A stretch of DNA of 63,968 nucleotides, the filler included, from Stramenopiles sp. TOSAG23-2 (Eukaryota): NCBI GenBank assembly GCA_900128395.1. It is 3 parts of 3 records of this genome, joined end to end, with 100 filler letters (N's around TTAATTAATTAA, not from the genome) between each part and the next. Parts side by side here need not be neighbours in the genome. Positions count along the whole stretch, not along the records: positions 1 to 23,089 come from LT649495.1; 2 more parts are not named here. One strand, written 5' to 3'. The notes beneath the pieces were generated by a model. It was not told where the DNA came from, did not search any database, and saw nothing but the letters and a program-made list of their open reading frames with translations. Positions 1-11,227 of the stretch are shown here, in pieces. The translations under genes were made by a program, and so were the position numbers. How positions within the stretch are numbered: the first letter of the stretch is position 1; each line of letters starts with the position of its first letter.

Positions 1-649
1 ATAGACACAGCAGGGACTAACTGTCCGCTTTTCTAGGCTTTACATAAATTCATAGACTAATTGTACCTATCACATTAACAAATCGATAAATCTATTTCAT
101 TTCCATCAAAATCATCCATTTCTTCATCCAAAATCACACAGAAATTCATAAAATCACTTTCCAAATGGATTCCAAAACTATTCAACAGGAATTTTGACCA
201 AGTTAAATTTTCAATTATTTCATAGGTAAATATACTTCTTAGTTATATATTTAAAACGTATAATGCTATTTAATGCTATCGATTTTACCATGTTCTAAGC
301 ATATCGACAATCTACTATGAGACCCTTAAATTTTATAAACTAAAAGTAATTACTTATGATATTTCAGGGCAGGGGTCCTTGCCTGGCAGGCGAATGTTGT
401 AATAGAGCTATTCCGTTATTAGTTTAAGTTTGTGTGTTGTTTGTTGTGCTGTATATTTTTATTATTATTATTACTGTGCTATTATTTATTATTATATATA
501 TATATTATTATTAACTAACTCAATCACCATATACATATTTTAGAAACAACCATATTCATCACTGTGTATGTATGATTGTTGTTGCAAAGCAAATACCTAC
601 ACAGCCCTTGTAAATATATTTTAAGGAGGCAAGGACAGTAAAAAAAAAT

Positions 650-3600
650 ATGTCCACGTTACGTGTAGTTGAAGACCTTAGGCGTAAGAAGAACAGACAA
701 CGGCCATCTAGAAGAAAAACGAGGAAAAATGCATTAATTCAAGAACCAGTCACTTCATTATCAAGTTATTTAGATCAACCTGATGTAATATCAGAAATAT
801 TGAGTAGTACTATGCCTATCAATGCACAAACAAGAGAAGATTTCGCATCTATCCCCGTTCGTTATAGTAATAGCGCAAGCAGTTTTCCCCGTCCTTTGAA
901 TGCTATTAACGATGATCAATTCTATGATGATAATAATAACTACTACAGCAACAGTATTAGTCCTACAACAAATAATAATAATAATAATAATAATAACGAA
1001 ACTAGTCCATCAACAAATAGTCCCCCACCAGCAATAGCATCCATATCTTTGTCAGATATGATTGCAGAAAAAAAAGTCCCTGTGTTTTCGACTATATCTA
1101 AAGATATGAAAAAGAAAGTTGCACGCCTTCCAGATCCAAATGAATTCGAACAAAAAGTCTTAGATAGAATACAAAAAGAATATATAGATGGAGAAATTGA
1201 CTTGTCGTTAAATAGTCCAAGTCTATACAAAGGTTTAAAAAAAGGTGCACAAATAGCACGTCGCCGCTCTCTATTCGCAAAAAGGAGGCCATTTTTGAAA
1301 AAAACATCACATGTAAAAGAAAAACAACCAAGTCTTACGAAACAAATCAAACCATCATCATCATCATTACAACCACCACCAAAGTCTACCATATCAAGTT
1401 TGCCTAAGTCAGCCGTATCCACCTTAGTATCTGGAACTTCAGAAAGTATATACAGTAGTGGTAGTAGTAGTGGTAGTATTACTAACCGCAGTGACAGTAC
1501 AAACATTAGTGAAAGTATTGGGGATAGAACTATACGGAGTGGTACAAATATTGAGATTAATAAAAAAAAAGAAATACATGTTGACACCCTTACGAAACTC
1601 CAGGATGATGATGAAAATGTGAAAGATTTAAAAGATAATAATAACACAAAAGTTGACAATGCTGATAAAAAAAATGAAAAACAAGTTAAGAATGTTACTG
1701 AACCGCCTAGAACTGCTACTTCTTCTACTACGCCTCCAAAAACTGCTAGTAGCACACGAATTTTTGAAAAAATAGATACGATACAAGAGGAACCGGAATA
1801 TGGGGAAGATTATCGAAAAGATAGATTTGCACTTCCACCACCTGAAATTCCAGTCCATGATGTACTTGTGAAAAATCGAATTGAAGATGAAATGATAGAC
1901 TTAAATCAAAAACTGGAAGAAGCAGCTTTACGTCAACAACAAAGTATAGAAACGATTGAAAAAGACGTAAGAAAAAAAGCACGAAAATTGTTACATTATC
2001 AAGAGGTTCATCACATTCAAAGTAAAATGCAATATCAACATGCAGTACAAAAAGTGGAAGCAATTGATGATACAATAGAGAAAAAGATGCAGGAAGCCAG
2101 GGATTCATTGCCAGCTGATTTTATGTTTAAGCGCGGCCTTGGTGCATTTGTCATGGCACGCGGCGCCGAGGTCATCTTTAAAGTTTTTAAAAGATTTACA
2201 AACCAAATACTTCACAGTGGAATAGAACACTGGCAACAATATATCGAAATGCATAGAAAAGCAGAAAAAATTCGAGCGGCAATAGAAATTCAGAAAATAG
2301 TTAGAGGATCTCTTGCACGGAATGATCTAAAGTTGAGGAAAGCGGAAAAGATAATTCAAGACGAACGCGAGCAAGATCGTTTAGCACGTTTATATAAAAA
2401 AAGATATGATGCTGCGAAATTGATACAGGCACATGTTAGAGGAAATATAGGACGAAAAATAGTTGCAAAAATGAAGAAACGTTTAAGCTCTGTGTACGTC
2501 ATTCAGCGTTTTATTCGTATGACACAAGCTAAATTCTTTTTATTAGCAAAGCGTGCCATGTGGGAGAAACGAAAAAAATCTGTTACGGCAATTCAAGCGT
2601 GTTGGCGTGGATGTAAAGGGCGATATAGGGCAAAGATCGTTCGAAAAATTAGACGTGCTGAAAAATACGTAGAGTATGAAAAAGAAAAGCATGAAAATTT
2701 GCAAGAAATTTTTAAGCAAGAAGGTGCTGCAGTTAGCATACAATTATGGTGGACAATGGTTCGGCTTCGCCATGAATTTTTACGATTGCGTAAATTAATG
2801 AAACGACGTCGTGTGATGGTATTGCAAAGATCCTATCGTTGTTATCGGGCTCGGTGCGAACTAGCAAGGAGAAGAGAAGCCAAACGTTTAGAAGACATAC
2901 GAATAGACAAAGCTGCTAAATTAGTTCAAGCTGCATTTCATCGCAAACAAGCGTATAAAAAAGTTAGACAAATTATTAATGACCAGGAACAGAAAAAGAA
3001 GGAACACGATGAATATTTAATGCATCAAAAAGATGAGAAAAAAATACATCTAGTCGGTGGTGTTGATTTGAATCTAACAAAAATGAGGAGAAGGATGTTC
3101 AAGGCACGGAAACTTTTGAACCCATTTGAGTCGAAGCGTGAGGAAAAAGCTGCATTGAAAATACAGGCTGCATTCCGGGGTATGAAAAGTAGAAAACGTT
3201 TAAGAGAAGTTAGAAAGCATCATCATTTAGATTATAGACGAGAATTGAAGCACAAGCGTCTTGAAGCCTCGAAAACAATACAACGCTTTTGGAGAGGTCT
3301 AGTTGGACGACGGCTATTTCTAAAAGCACGACGGGTGCGAATGGCAATCAGAGTACAAGCTCGTTTTAGAGGGTGGAAAGGACGTCAGATTGCGTTAGAA
3401 GTTGGAATACGATGGTATGCTGCGATCAGAATCCAAGCCTTGTTTCGTGGATTTGTACAACGTTCTCATTTTACAGAATACTGCAGACATCAAACATTGG
3501 TGAAAACATCAGCTATTAGAATCCAAAAATACATTCGTGGGTTTACATGCCGACAAAAATACGGTGAAAAATTGGAACGGGAACGATATTTGGCCGAAAT

Positions 3601-6016
3601 TCGTATGCGCGGTAGAACAGAACTAGAAGCTTGCGCTATTATAGCGCGTGACAAATTGTTATTAAAAGCCTCAAAAGCAAAGGCTAAATTTGATGGAGCT
3701 ACGCAAGCTTTATTTCACATTTTAAAGGGCTTATCTAAATCAAAAGATGGAGTGGCACCAAAATCATTTTTAAAATTAGCAAAAGAGACGAAAATGATTG
3801 ATGATAAGCGGATTAAATTGAATACATGTGATCTTGCAGTATCGAAAGCAAAAGGTATAAGTAAAGCCAATGGTACAGGAACAGGGGCAGGTAATTTAAC
3901 ACACGCGGAATTAGTATATGCGCTACAATATCTAGCTAATAAGAAATATCCTAAATTGGAATCATTAAGAAGACATGAAGGCGACGATGCACGTTTTAAC
4001 AAATTTTGCTATGAATTCATATTTACAAATGGAAGAGGAAATGCCAAAGAGAAAAAACAGGCTTTGAAACGTTTACCAACATATTTAAGACCACTTGTAG
4101 CGAAAATGAAAGATATTCAAAATGCATATCTTGGAAAATATGCAAGGAAAATACAAGGGCATATGCGTGGTGAATTTGGTAGAAATTTATTCGAAGTTCA
4201 AAAAAGAAGAATTTTACAAGAGAGGGAAAGAAACAAGATGATCCGCGCGTCACTAATGATATCTAAGCGCCAACGAATTTTAAAGGCGCGAAAAGTGGTT
4301 GGTTCGATGGCAGCCAAAATTATACAAAAATTTGTAGATCCTTTAACAGGAGATATGTATTATTACAATCCAAGGACAAAGCAACGATCGTATGATAAAC
4401 CTGAAATTTTAGGAAAACAGGACGTTGAAAAGCCCTTCATTTTGCCGGATAAACATTACGAATTTGTAGTTAATTGTGCAAGTTGCAAAAGAAAAGTTGC
4501 TACGGTATTATGCGATCCATGCGGTGATGCATATTGCGATGATTGCTTTAAAAGTTTACATAGCAAAGGGAATAAATCTAAGCATCATAAAGATGCCATT
4601 CCAATGTGTTCATTTTGTGATTACCAAGCATGCACACGTTTTGATAGGTTTCATAAACAATGGTGTGATTCATGCTATGAGCATGTGTATGAAGACACTG
4701 CGCAAGCAAAAACTTTCACATGGAACATTTTACCATGTTCTGAATGCGAGGAAAGAGCGTGTAAATGGAGATGTTTAGAATGCGACGATTGTTATTGCAC
4801 TAAATGTTTTGGAAAAGTGCATCGAACGGGAAATCGCGCTTTGCATCGCAATGTTCCATTAGCATATTACACAGTTAAGATGGAAAATCAGAAATTAGCA
4901 ATGGAACGAGAGGCAAAACGAAAGATTGCTGCTGCTGAAGCCGCGAAACGAATGGCAGTTGATGATAAGATGAAATTGGAATTTATTGCAAGAAAACTGC
5001 AAGCTATATGGAGAGGAAGAAAAGGTCGCGCGGACGGTAAAAAATATTTGAAGCAAGAACGAAAAAAGATGCGTGTATTGTATAAGAAAACAAAGGAAGA
5101 CAATAAGACGAGAAAAACTATGTCATACGGATTAAAAAGTTTAATTGGTGTTGAAGAAATACTCGAAACAGATGATGCAGAAACAAGAGCAAGAAAGGAA
5201 AGATCGTTATTGCGAGATCCAAATAAAGCCATGAAACATTTCCAAGAGCATGCGTTTGAATTCCAAATCAAAGGGGAGGAAGGAAAGTTATTACCGTTTA
5301 AAGTCAATTGCTATCATTTAGAAGTCGAATTCGAAACACTTGGAGATTTAAGAGATCATTTAAAGCCAGGAGATTATATACGAATCGGTTATGCAGATCA
5401 TACAATCAATATGGATACAGAAGAACGAAATTATACACATCAATTCATGTGTTTAGATCGACCATGGGCAAATGCAGACCTATTGGATGCTAATATATAC
5501 AAAATGCGACCACCAGCGAGAAAGATTGGTTTATCAGCTGAAATTGGATCTTTAGCCGCAGATGCAACTAAAGGCATACGCGGTGTTCTTGCGGAAACTA
5601 GAGGAAGTTTGATTAAAAGAGTTTCGAAGAAGATTGGTGGTGCAAATAAAATGTTCAAAAGTAAATTGTTGGATAAAGCAGCAAAATATTATGACTCTGT
5701 AAGTCAACGCGAAATGAGTAAGTCGTTGCAAGAGGAACGCACCCCTGGCGCATTCGAGAAAGAAAGACGTTATTGGACCGAAAATTACGACGAATGGGGC
5801 ACACCTAGTTGGTACAATCGTATTACTGACGAGACTGTATCTGAAAAACCTGAATGTTTATTAAATAAAGAAGAGATGAAAGAATTCAAAGCAAAAGAAG
5901 CAATAAGAATAGCAAAAGAAGAAGAACTGAAAGCACAAAAACGTGAGTTGCAGTGGAAAAAGGAACAACGTGCAAAAGCGAAAGCTGGAAGAGGTAGAGG
6001 TGGAAGAAGGCGTTAA
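650..6016 (+). CDS. Large multidomain protein: low-complexity N-terminus, many IQ calmodulin-binding motifs, p25alpha/TPPP-like domain, two WW domains, 2-3 B-box zinc fingers
   Basis: 1788-aa intact ORF. More than 10 IQ-type motifs (e.g. IQKIVRGSLAR, IQAAFRGMKSR). p25alpha-like FLKLAKETKMIDDKRIKLNTCDLAVSK...ELVYALQYLANKKY (~3760-3950). WW-like DPLTGDMYYYNPRTKQRSYDKP (~4335-4400) and WTENYDEWGTPSWYNRITDETVSEKP (~5775-5850). B-boxes CxxC...CxxC...CxxC...H...H (~4475-4850). Confidence 0.85.
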   Translation: MSTLRVVEDLRRKKNRQRPSRRKTRKNALIQEPVTSLSSYLDQPDVISEILSSTMPINAQTREDFASIPVRYSNSASSFPRPLNAINDDQFYDDNNNYYSNSISPTTNNNNNNNNNETSPSTNSPPPAIASISLSDMIAEKKVPVFSTISKDMKKKVARLPDPNEFEQKVLDRIQKEYIDGEIDLSLNSPSLYKGLKKGAQIARRRSLFAKRRPFLKKTSHVKEKQPSLTKQIKPSSSSLQPPPKSTISSLPKSAVSTLVSGTSESIYSSGSSSGSITNRSDSTNISESIGDRTIRSGTNIEINKKKEIHVDTLTKLQDDDENVKDLKDNNNTKVDNADKKNEKQVKNVTEPPRTATSSTTPPKTASSTRIFEKIDTIQEEPEYGEDYRKDRFALPPPEIPVHDVLVKNRIEDEMIDLNQKLEEAALRQQQSIETIEKDVRKKARKLLHYQEVHHIQSKMQYQHAVQKVEAIDDTIEKKMQEARDSLPADFMFKRGLGAFVMARGAEVIFKVFKRFTNQILHSGIEHWQQYIEMHRKAEKIRAAIEIQKIVRGSLARNDLKLRKAEKIIQDEREQDRLARLYKKRYDAAKLIQAHVRGNIGRKIVAKMKKRLSSVYVIQRFIRMTQAKFFLLAKRAMWEKRKKSVTAIQACWRGCKGRYRAKIVRKIRRAEKYVEYEKEKHENLQEIFKQEGAAVSIQLWWTMVRLRHEFLRLRKLMKRRRVMVLQRSYRCYRARCELARRREAKRLEDIRIDKAAKLVQAAFHRKQAYKKVRQIINDQEQKKKEHDEYLMHQKDEKKIHLVGGVDLNLTKMRRRMFKARKLLNPFESKREEKAALKIQAAFRGMKSRKRLREVRKHHHLDYRRELKHKRLEASKTIQRFWRGLVGRRLFLKARRVRMAIRVQARFRGWKGRQIALEVGIRWYAAIRIQALFRGFVQRSHFTEYCRHQTLVKTSAIRIQKYIRGFTCRQKYGEKLERERYLAEIRMRGRTELEACAIIARDKLLLKASKAKAKFDGATQALFHILKGLSKSKDGVAPKSFLKLAKETKMIDDKRIKLNTCDLAVSKAKGISKANGTGTGAGNLTHAELVYALQYLANKKYPKLESLRRHEGDDARFNKFCYEFIFTNGRGNAKEKKQALKRLPTYLRPLVAKMKDIQNAYLGKYARKIQGHMRGEFGRNLFEVQKRRILQERERNKMIRASLMISKRQRILKARKVVGSMAAKIIQKFVDPLTGDMYYYNPRTKQRSYDKPEILGKQDVEKPFILPDKHYEFVVNCASCKRKVATVLCDPCGDAYCDDCFKSLHSKGNKSKHHKDAIPMCSFCDYQACTRFDRFHKQWCDSCYEHVYEDTAQAKTFTWNILPCSECEERACKWRCLECDDCYCTKCFGKVHRTGNRALHRNVPLAYYTVKMENQKLAMEREAKRKIAAAEAAKRMAVDDKMKLEFIARKLQAIWRGRKGRADGKKYLKQERKKMRVLYKKTKEDNKTRKTMSYGLKSLIGVEEILETDDAETRARKERSLLRDPNKAMKHFQEHAFEFQIKGEEGKLLPFKVNCYHLEVEFETLGDLRDHLKPGDYIRIGYADHTINMDTEERNYTHQFMCLDRPWANADLLDANIYKMRPPARKIGLSAEIGSLAADATKGIRGVLAETRGSLIKRVSKKIGGANKMFKSKLLDKAAKYYDSVSQREMSKSLQEERTPGAFEKERRYWTENYDEWGTPSWYNRITDETVSEKPECLLNKEEMKEFKAKEAIRIAKEEELKAQKRELQWKKEQRAKAKAGRGRGGRRR

Positions 6017-6638
6017 AAAATTTATGCAACTTATTGAGAAGAGCAACCAAGACTATTTTTCTAATAAACTAAATTTATATTTTAAAAGTAAATTAAATTT
6101 AAAAGTGAAAGTTTATTAATACCTCACGTATACTTCAACTACTTTGGTTTATATTGTTGTTTCCTATTATTAATACCACGTAGCATAAAATAGCTAGGAA
6201 ATATTGTACTATTAATATTAAATCATCAGCAAAAATCAAAGGCAGGAAAATAATAGGAAAATCAGACCAAAATTTACTAGGCAGTAACAGGTAACAGGCC
6301 GTAATGCCGTAAGCTGGTAAGCAGGTAAAATAGTTTTTGTCAAATTGTTGCCATTTTGATCTCATTTTCCCCATACTGTGTAGTTTTAAATTGTATTTAT
6401 AACAGCACAGTATTGGATCAAAAATCTGATCGAACTAACAACGAAGAGGCGACTAGATCGCACAGTGCAAAAAAGAAAAAAGGGGCGCACCATCTGCAGG
6501 GGGGACACACATAAAAATAATACAGTAATTTTAAAAACTAACCGTAGCTTTAGTTTAATGGTCACACCAAAACATTATTTACCAGACATTGTATCATTGT
6601 GTATATTTAGAGACTCATGGAACAATATGTATAATACC

Positions 6639-9600
6639 ATGTCACGTCAAACATTAGTTTTTTTGTCTGTGTTCTTATTAGTGTCGACCTTGTCACAAGT
6701 TAATGGGGAAAATAGTAAAATTAGCACGTTTGAAGCTGCAGATAATGCGCTTTTTGTTGCAACTATAGGATTTTCTGGTCCAGCTATTACAAGCTATCAA
6801 CAAGAAAATTTACATAATGCATTGTTTGATAATAAGAATGAGGACAAAATAGAAGAGGATCACTGGAAAGACGTTTCTATTATGATGGAAGGTGCAAAAG
6901 CGTTGGCAAAAGTACAGCCACCACAAGCTGAAATGCGATTTATGAGAACTAAAAGTCAATTACAAGTAAAAGGCATTGCAAGTGTTGTTGTTAAAGCAAT
7001 GAAGGAGGCGTTCAAGTGGGTAGTGAAAATGTTGAAAGCAGCTATGAAAAAGGCTGTTGATATCATGAAAGCAGCTTTTGCAAAGCTTCAAGAATTGGCG
7101 AAAAAAGCATTTGAACAGTCTCTTGAGTTATTACAGAAGGCACAGGATGCAATTGCAAATGCTGGAGAACTAATAAAAGACGGCTATCAACAATGTAAGG
7201 ACCAGTTGCTACAATATAAAGACACATTAAAGGATCAGTGGAAAACTATTAAAGAGAAAGGAAAAGAAGCCTTAGGCAATATGAAAGATAAGTTTAAAGA
7301 TAGATTGAAGAAATGCAAAGATGAAACTTTAAGTTTTAAAAACCAAATTCCTACTAATGGAGAAGATATCAAAGCGATGATGCAAGAAACATTAAATAAG
7401 GAAAATCTAGAAAAACAGATACGTAGTGTCGCCAGTGATTATGTAGAGAAAAAGACAGGCATTAGCAAAGAAATGTTAAAAGACACAGATGCTATGAAAG
7501 GAGCTTTGAAAAACAAAGCGTTGGATACTTTAGAACAAAAGACAGGTATTAGCAAAGAAATGTTACAAGACACAGATGCTATGAAAGGAGCTTTGAAAAA
7601 CAAGGCGTTGGATACTTTAGAACAAAAAACAGGATTGGATCAAGGTGCTTTTTCCTCAAAAGAAGCTTTTAAAGCTGGACTTTCTCAAAAGTACAAGGAG
7701 GAAAAAGAAAATTTACAAGAGAAGGGGTTAGCATATGCTGAACAAAAAACAGGCATTAGTAAGGACGTACTCACGGATCCTAAAGCTATGAAAGCAGAAA
7801 TGGCTAAAAAGTTTGAAGAGAAAAAAGAAGAAGGATGGAAATTGATGGAACAACATACAGGACTCAGTAGAGAAGTTTTAAATGATCCAAATGCTTTGAA
7901 ACAAGAAATAAAAAAAAAAATCGATGAACAAAAAGAAGTAGCATGGAAAGCAATGGAACAAAAAAACTGGTTTGAGTCGTGATGTAATTTCTTCAAAGGA
8001 AAGCATGAAGGAAGAATTAAGATCACAAATGAAAGATGTAGAAGAGAAATCATGGAAATCGATTGAAGAACATACCGGTCTTAGTAAAGATGCATTGCTA
8101 GATAAAAATGCAATTAAGAATTTAGTTACGGAAAGAGCGAATATAGAAAAAAATAAAATCGCAGACAAAGTAAATGAGGCGAAAAATCAATTCAGCAAGG
8201 GAAGAAAAGAGGTATTAGCAAAATATAATGACGAAAAAAGTAAGATTTTGAAAACTTTTGATGATGCAAAGTCAAATTTAATAAAAGAAAAAGATGCACT
8301 TGTTAATAAATATAATGAAAAAATGGAAAATTTGGTTGCAACCCACATATGGGAGCAATTGGAAGAACAGACCGGTATTAGTAGCGACAAATTAAAGAAC
8401 AAGGAATATTTGAAGGCATTAGCGTACAAAAAAGTAAACGATGCAACAAAAGATGCAGAGTCGCTGGTCGATGAATTGAAAAAAAATACGGCAGTTAACC
8501 CATTAGAAGACGCTGAAAAGTTAGCTTTATTATTACATGAAAACAAAGTACTTCAAAAAGCTCTTGGAGTCGTAAACAAAGAGAATAGTCAAACTCAAAC
8601 ATCTTTATTCATTGAAATTAAGTCGCAAACACAAATGCCAGCCTTTGTTAAAGAAATAAATGCATTAAGAACGGACATTGAGACAAGTTTCTTAGAAGTT
8701 GTTGATGGAAAAAACCTCAATGAATATAACGCGCCTGGCTATGAAGCTGCAGTTAAATCCGTAAACAAGAAGTATATGCATGCAATTTTAAATCATTACG
8801 ATGTGAATCTGTCGGATGAACGTCTATCAAAGGTACATAGAGCTGCTAGTTTATTGGAGAAAGAACACCGCTTACTTCAGCATGGTAAAATCAAGAAAAT
8901 TAGTGATGATATTGAGACAAAATTTGACAATGCATTTTTAGAGACAGGAATGTCAACGAAACATACCGAATCAAGGGCTTTATTTTCTAAACGAGGGGGT
9001 GAAGATGATGAAGAAGAAGGAGAGGAAGACGGCGAAGTACCGAAGCGATCAAGGCGCCTTCTTTTTGGTAAGAAGGCGCGCAAAAAGGCGAAAAAAGGAC
9101 TTAAAAAAATTGGTAAAAAAATTAAGAAAGGAGTGAAAAAAGTAGGCCAGGCAGTAAAAAAGGGAGTAAGAGCAGTCAAAAAATTTGCTAAGAAGAATTT
9201 TTTCAATGTTGGTAAAAAACTTAGAAAGAAATTTAAGAAAGGTTTAAAGAAATTTGGACAAAAAGTTTACAAAGGGGTGAAAAAAATAGGAAAGTTTGTT
9301 GTCAAGGGCATTAAAAAAGCGTTTAAATTTATTTTGAAACATAGCCCTGTTCATGCATTTTTCAATGCGCTTATAAATTGTAAAGGTGGAGTCGGAAAAT
9401 GCCTCGGAACGGCTTTTAAAAAGCTGGGCGAGGCATTTGCTAATTTGATGACAGGTGGGCAGTACGGCAAAATTATGAAATGCATAGAGAATGAAAAAAA
9501 GAAAGGGAAAAAGAGCTCCCGTGCCCGAGCGCATTGTATTGGCGAATCATTGAAACGTATTGCAACCGCAGCTTTAGATGCTGCGGCTTTTATACCGGGT

Positions 9601-11040
9601 GTTGGGCAAATCATAGATGCGGCACGGACAGGAGTTGAAGTCGCCCTTCAAATCAAGGCACAACATGATATGAAGAGAAAAATGAAACGGGATAAAAAGA
9701 AAGCTTTAGAGCAAGAGAAGAAGAACAATGAAGCGATCACAAAAACACAGGAAAGAAAATACGCTGAAATAAGAGAGCAAGCAGAAAATGGAAAATTGAC
9801 CTTGACGAAATCTTCAATAGCCGAAGCTGCAGAAAAAGCGAAATCTTACATGGCAGATGTGAAAAATAAATATAAAAATCCTCTGGAAGATTACCAAGCT
9901 GAGGTCGATGCTGACGATTTTGCAGATGATGTAAAAGAAGCTGCCGCTAAAGGGGAAAAGAAAGGAGAATCAATAATTAGTAAAAATAAAAATTATGCAA
10001 AAGCTATGTCAATGCATATGAAAATGAAAAGGGCAGCAATGAAAATGAAGTTAAGAGGGAAGAAAAATTTAAGAAGACGATTATTGAACAGACAAAGCGA
10101 AAGAGGACAACGTCTATTTAAAAAGAAAAAAAAGAAGAAGAAGAAAAAGAAGAAGAAGGCTAAACTACCAACAAAGCCAAAAGGGGGTCCATATTGTAAA
10201 TGCGAAACGCCAACAGAGACTGCAACTAAAGGTAAAAATGCAATTGTATGTGATAATGATGAAAAATATTATTGCGAAGATGATCAGACATGTGCAACTG
10301 ATGTCACGATGAAATTAGCAGATAGACTACATCTTTGCACATATCCTACAAACTTGCCGCTGGAGATGATATACACAGAAAAAAAATGTTTTTGGGGAAC
10401 TCGAGCCCTCGATGACAAAGAGTATATAAAAGTTTATGATATCGAAGAATGCCACGAGGATTGTGTAGGACGTGATGATTGTTCCGGTGCAACATACGAT
10501 AAAAACGAAAAGAAATGTTTTCTTCGTGGTGGTTTTAGTGATCCAGTTATGGAAGATTGTAAAGAAGGCCTCGTTGGTTTAACAAGAACAACAGAAGAAG
10601 AAAAATTGAAAGTTGATGTCCTCAATGATTTAAATAACGAACGCAAAGTGAAACAGTTAACAAATGATAAAAAGGAGGCAGATGAGGAGGAAAAGAAAGA
10701 TGAGGAGGAAGTGAAGAAGATGGATAAAGATGCGGAAAAAATGAGGAAAAAGTTAAATGGAGACATAGCTAAAAAAGCAAAAGAAATGGAAGCAAAGATG
10801 AAACTAGAAAGTAAGAAAATAAGTGAAAAAATACAAAATGCTAAAAAGAAAGCAAATGACGATTTAAAAAAGCAAGGGGACAAGCTTGAAAAACAGATTG
10901 CAAAAGCAAAAAAAGAAGGAAAAGCAAAAGTGGACAAATTTAAAAAAGATGCTAAGAAAAAGGCAAAAGAAATGGGGAAAAAGCTAGGGAAAAAATTTGA
11001 AAAGTGTATGAAGAAGGGTGGTCTAGAAGCGTGGGTTTAA
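6639..11040 (+). CDS. Putative secreted precursor polyprotein (signal peptide, 29-33-aa EQKTG(I/L)S repeats, cationic amphipathic block, PT-TG-like motif, Cys-rich/PAN-Apple domain, Lys-rich coiled-coil tail); one frameshift at A7 run 7960-7966
   Basis: Joins ORFs 6465-7982 and 7972-11040. ATG 6639 gives the signal-peptide-like MSRQTLVFLSVFLLVSTLSQVNG. Deleting one A from 7960-7966 restores the repeat EQKTGLSRDV. PAN-like ECHEDCVGRDDCSGATYDKNEKKCFLR at ~10447-10527. Confidence 0.75.
7446..7632 (+). repeat. 87-bp (29-codon) near-identical coding tandem repeat, ~2 copies, within a longer degenerate protein repeat array
   Basis: gacagg[c/t]attagcaaagaaatgtta... starts at 7454 and 7541 (offset 87). 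Confidence 0.95.
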
Positions 11041-11227
11041 AATTCGTGTGCGTGTATATATATTTAAAGTCGTGTACTATTGCTGATTGTGTATTTGTGT
11101 ATTTGTGTATTTGTGTTAGTGTACTGGTACTGCCACTATTTTAATTTTTCATTTTTCATAATTGATACGAAATGATAGAATTCATAAAATACAAGCAATT
11201 ATACTTGTGTGCTTGTGCCATATTAAT

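Noticed and set aside
943..10937. Antisense ORFs such as 943-1755, 8877-9206 and 10434-10937 (and similar ones throughout the window)
   Set aside because: Phe/Leu/Ser-rich shadows of Lys/Glu/Asn-rich sense genes with no independent motifs.
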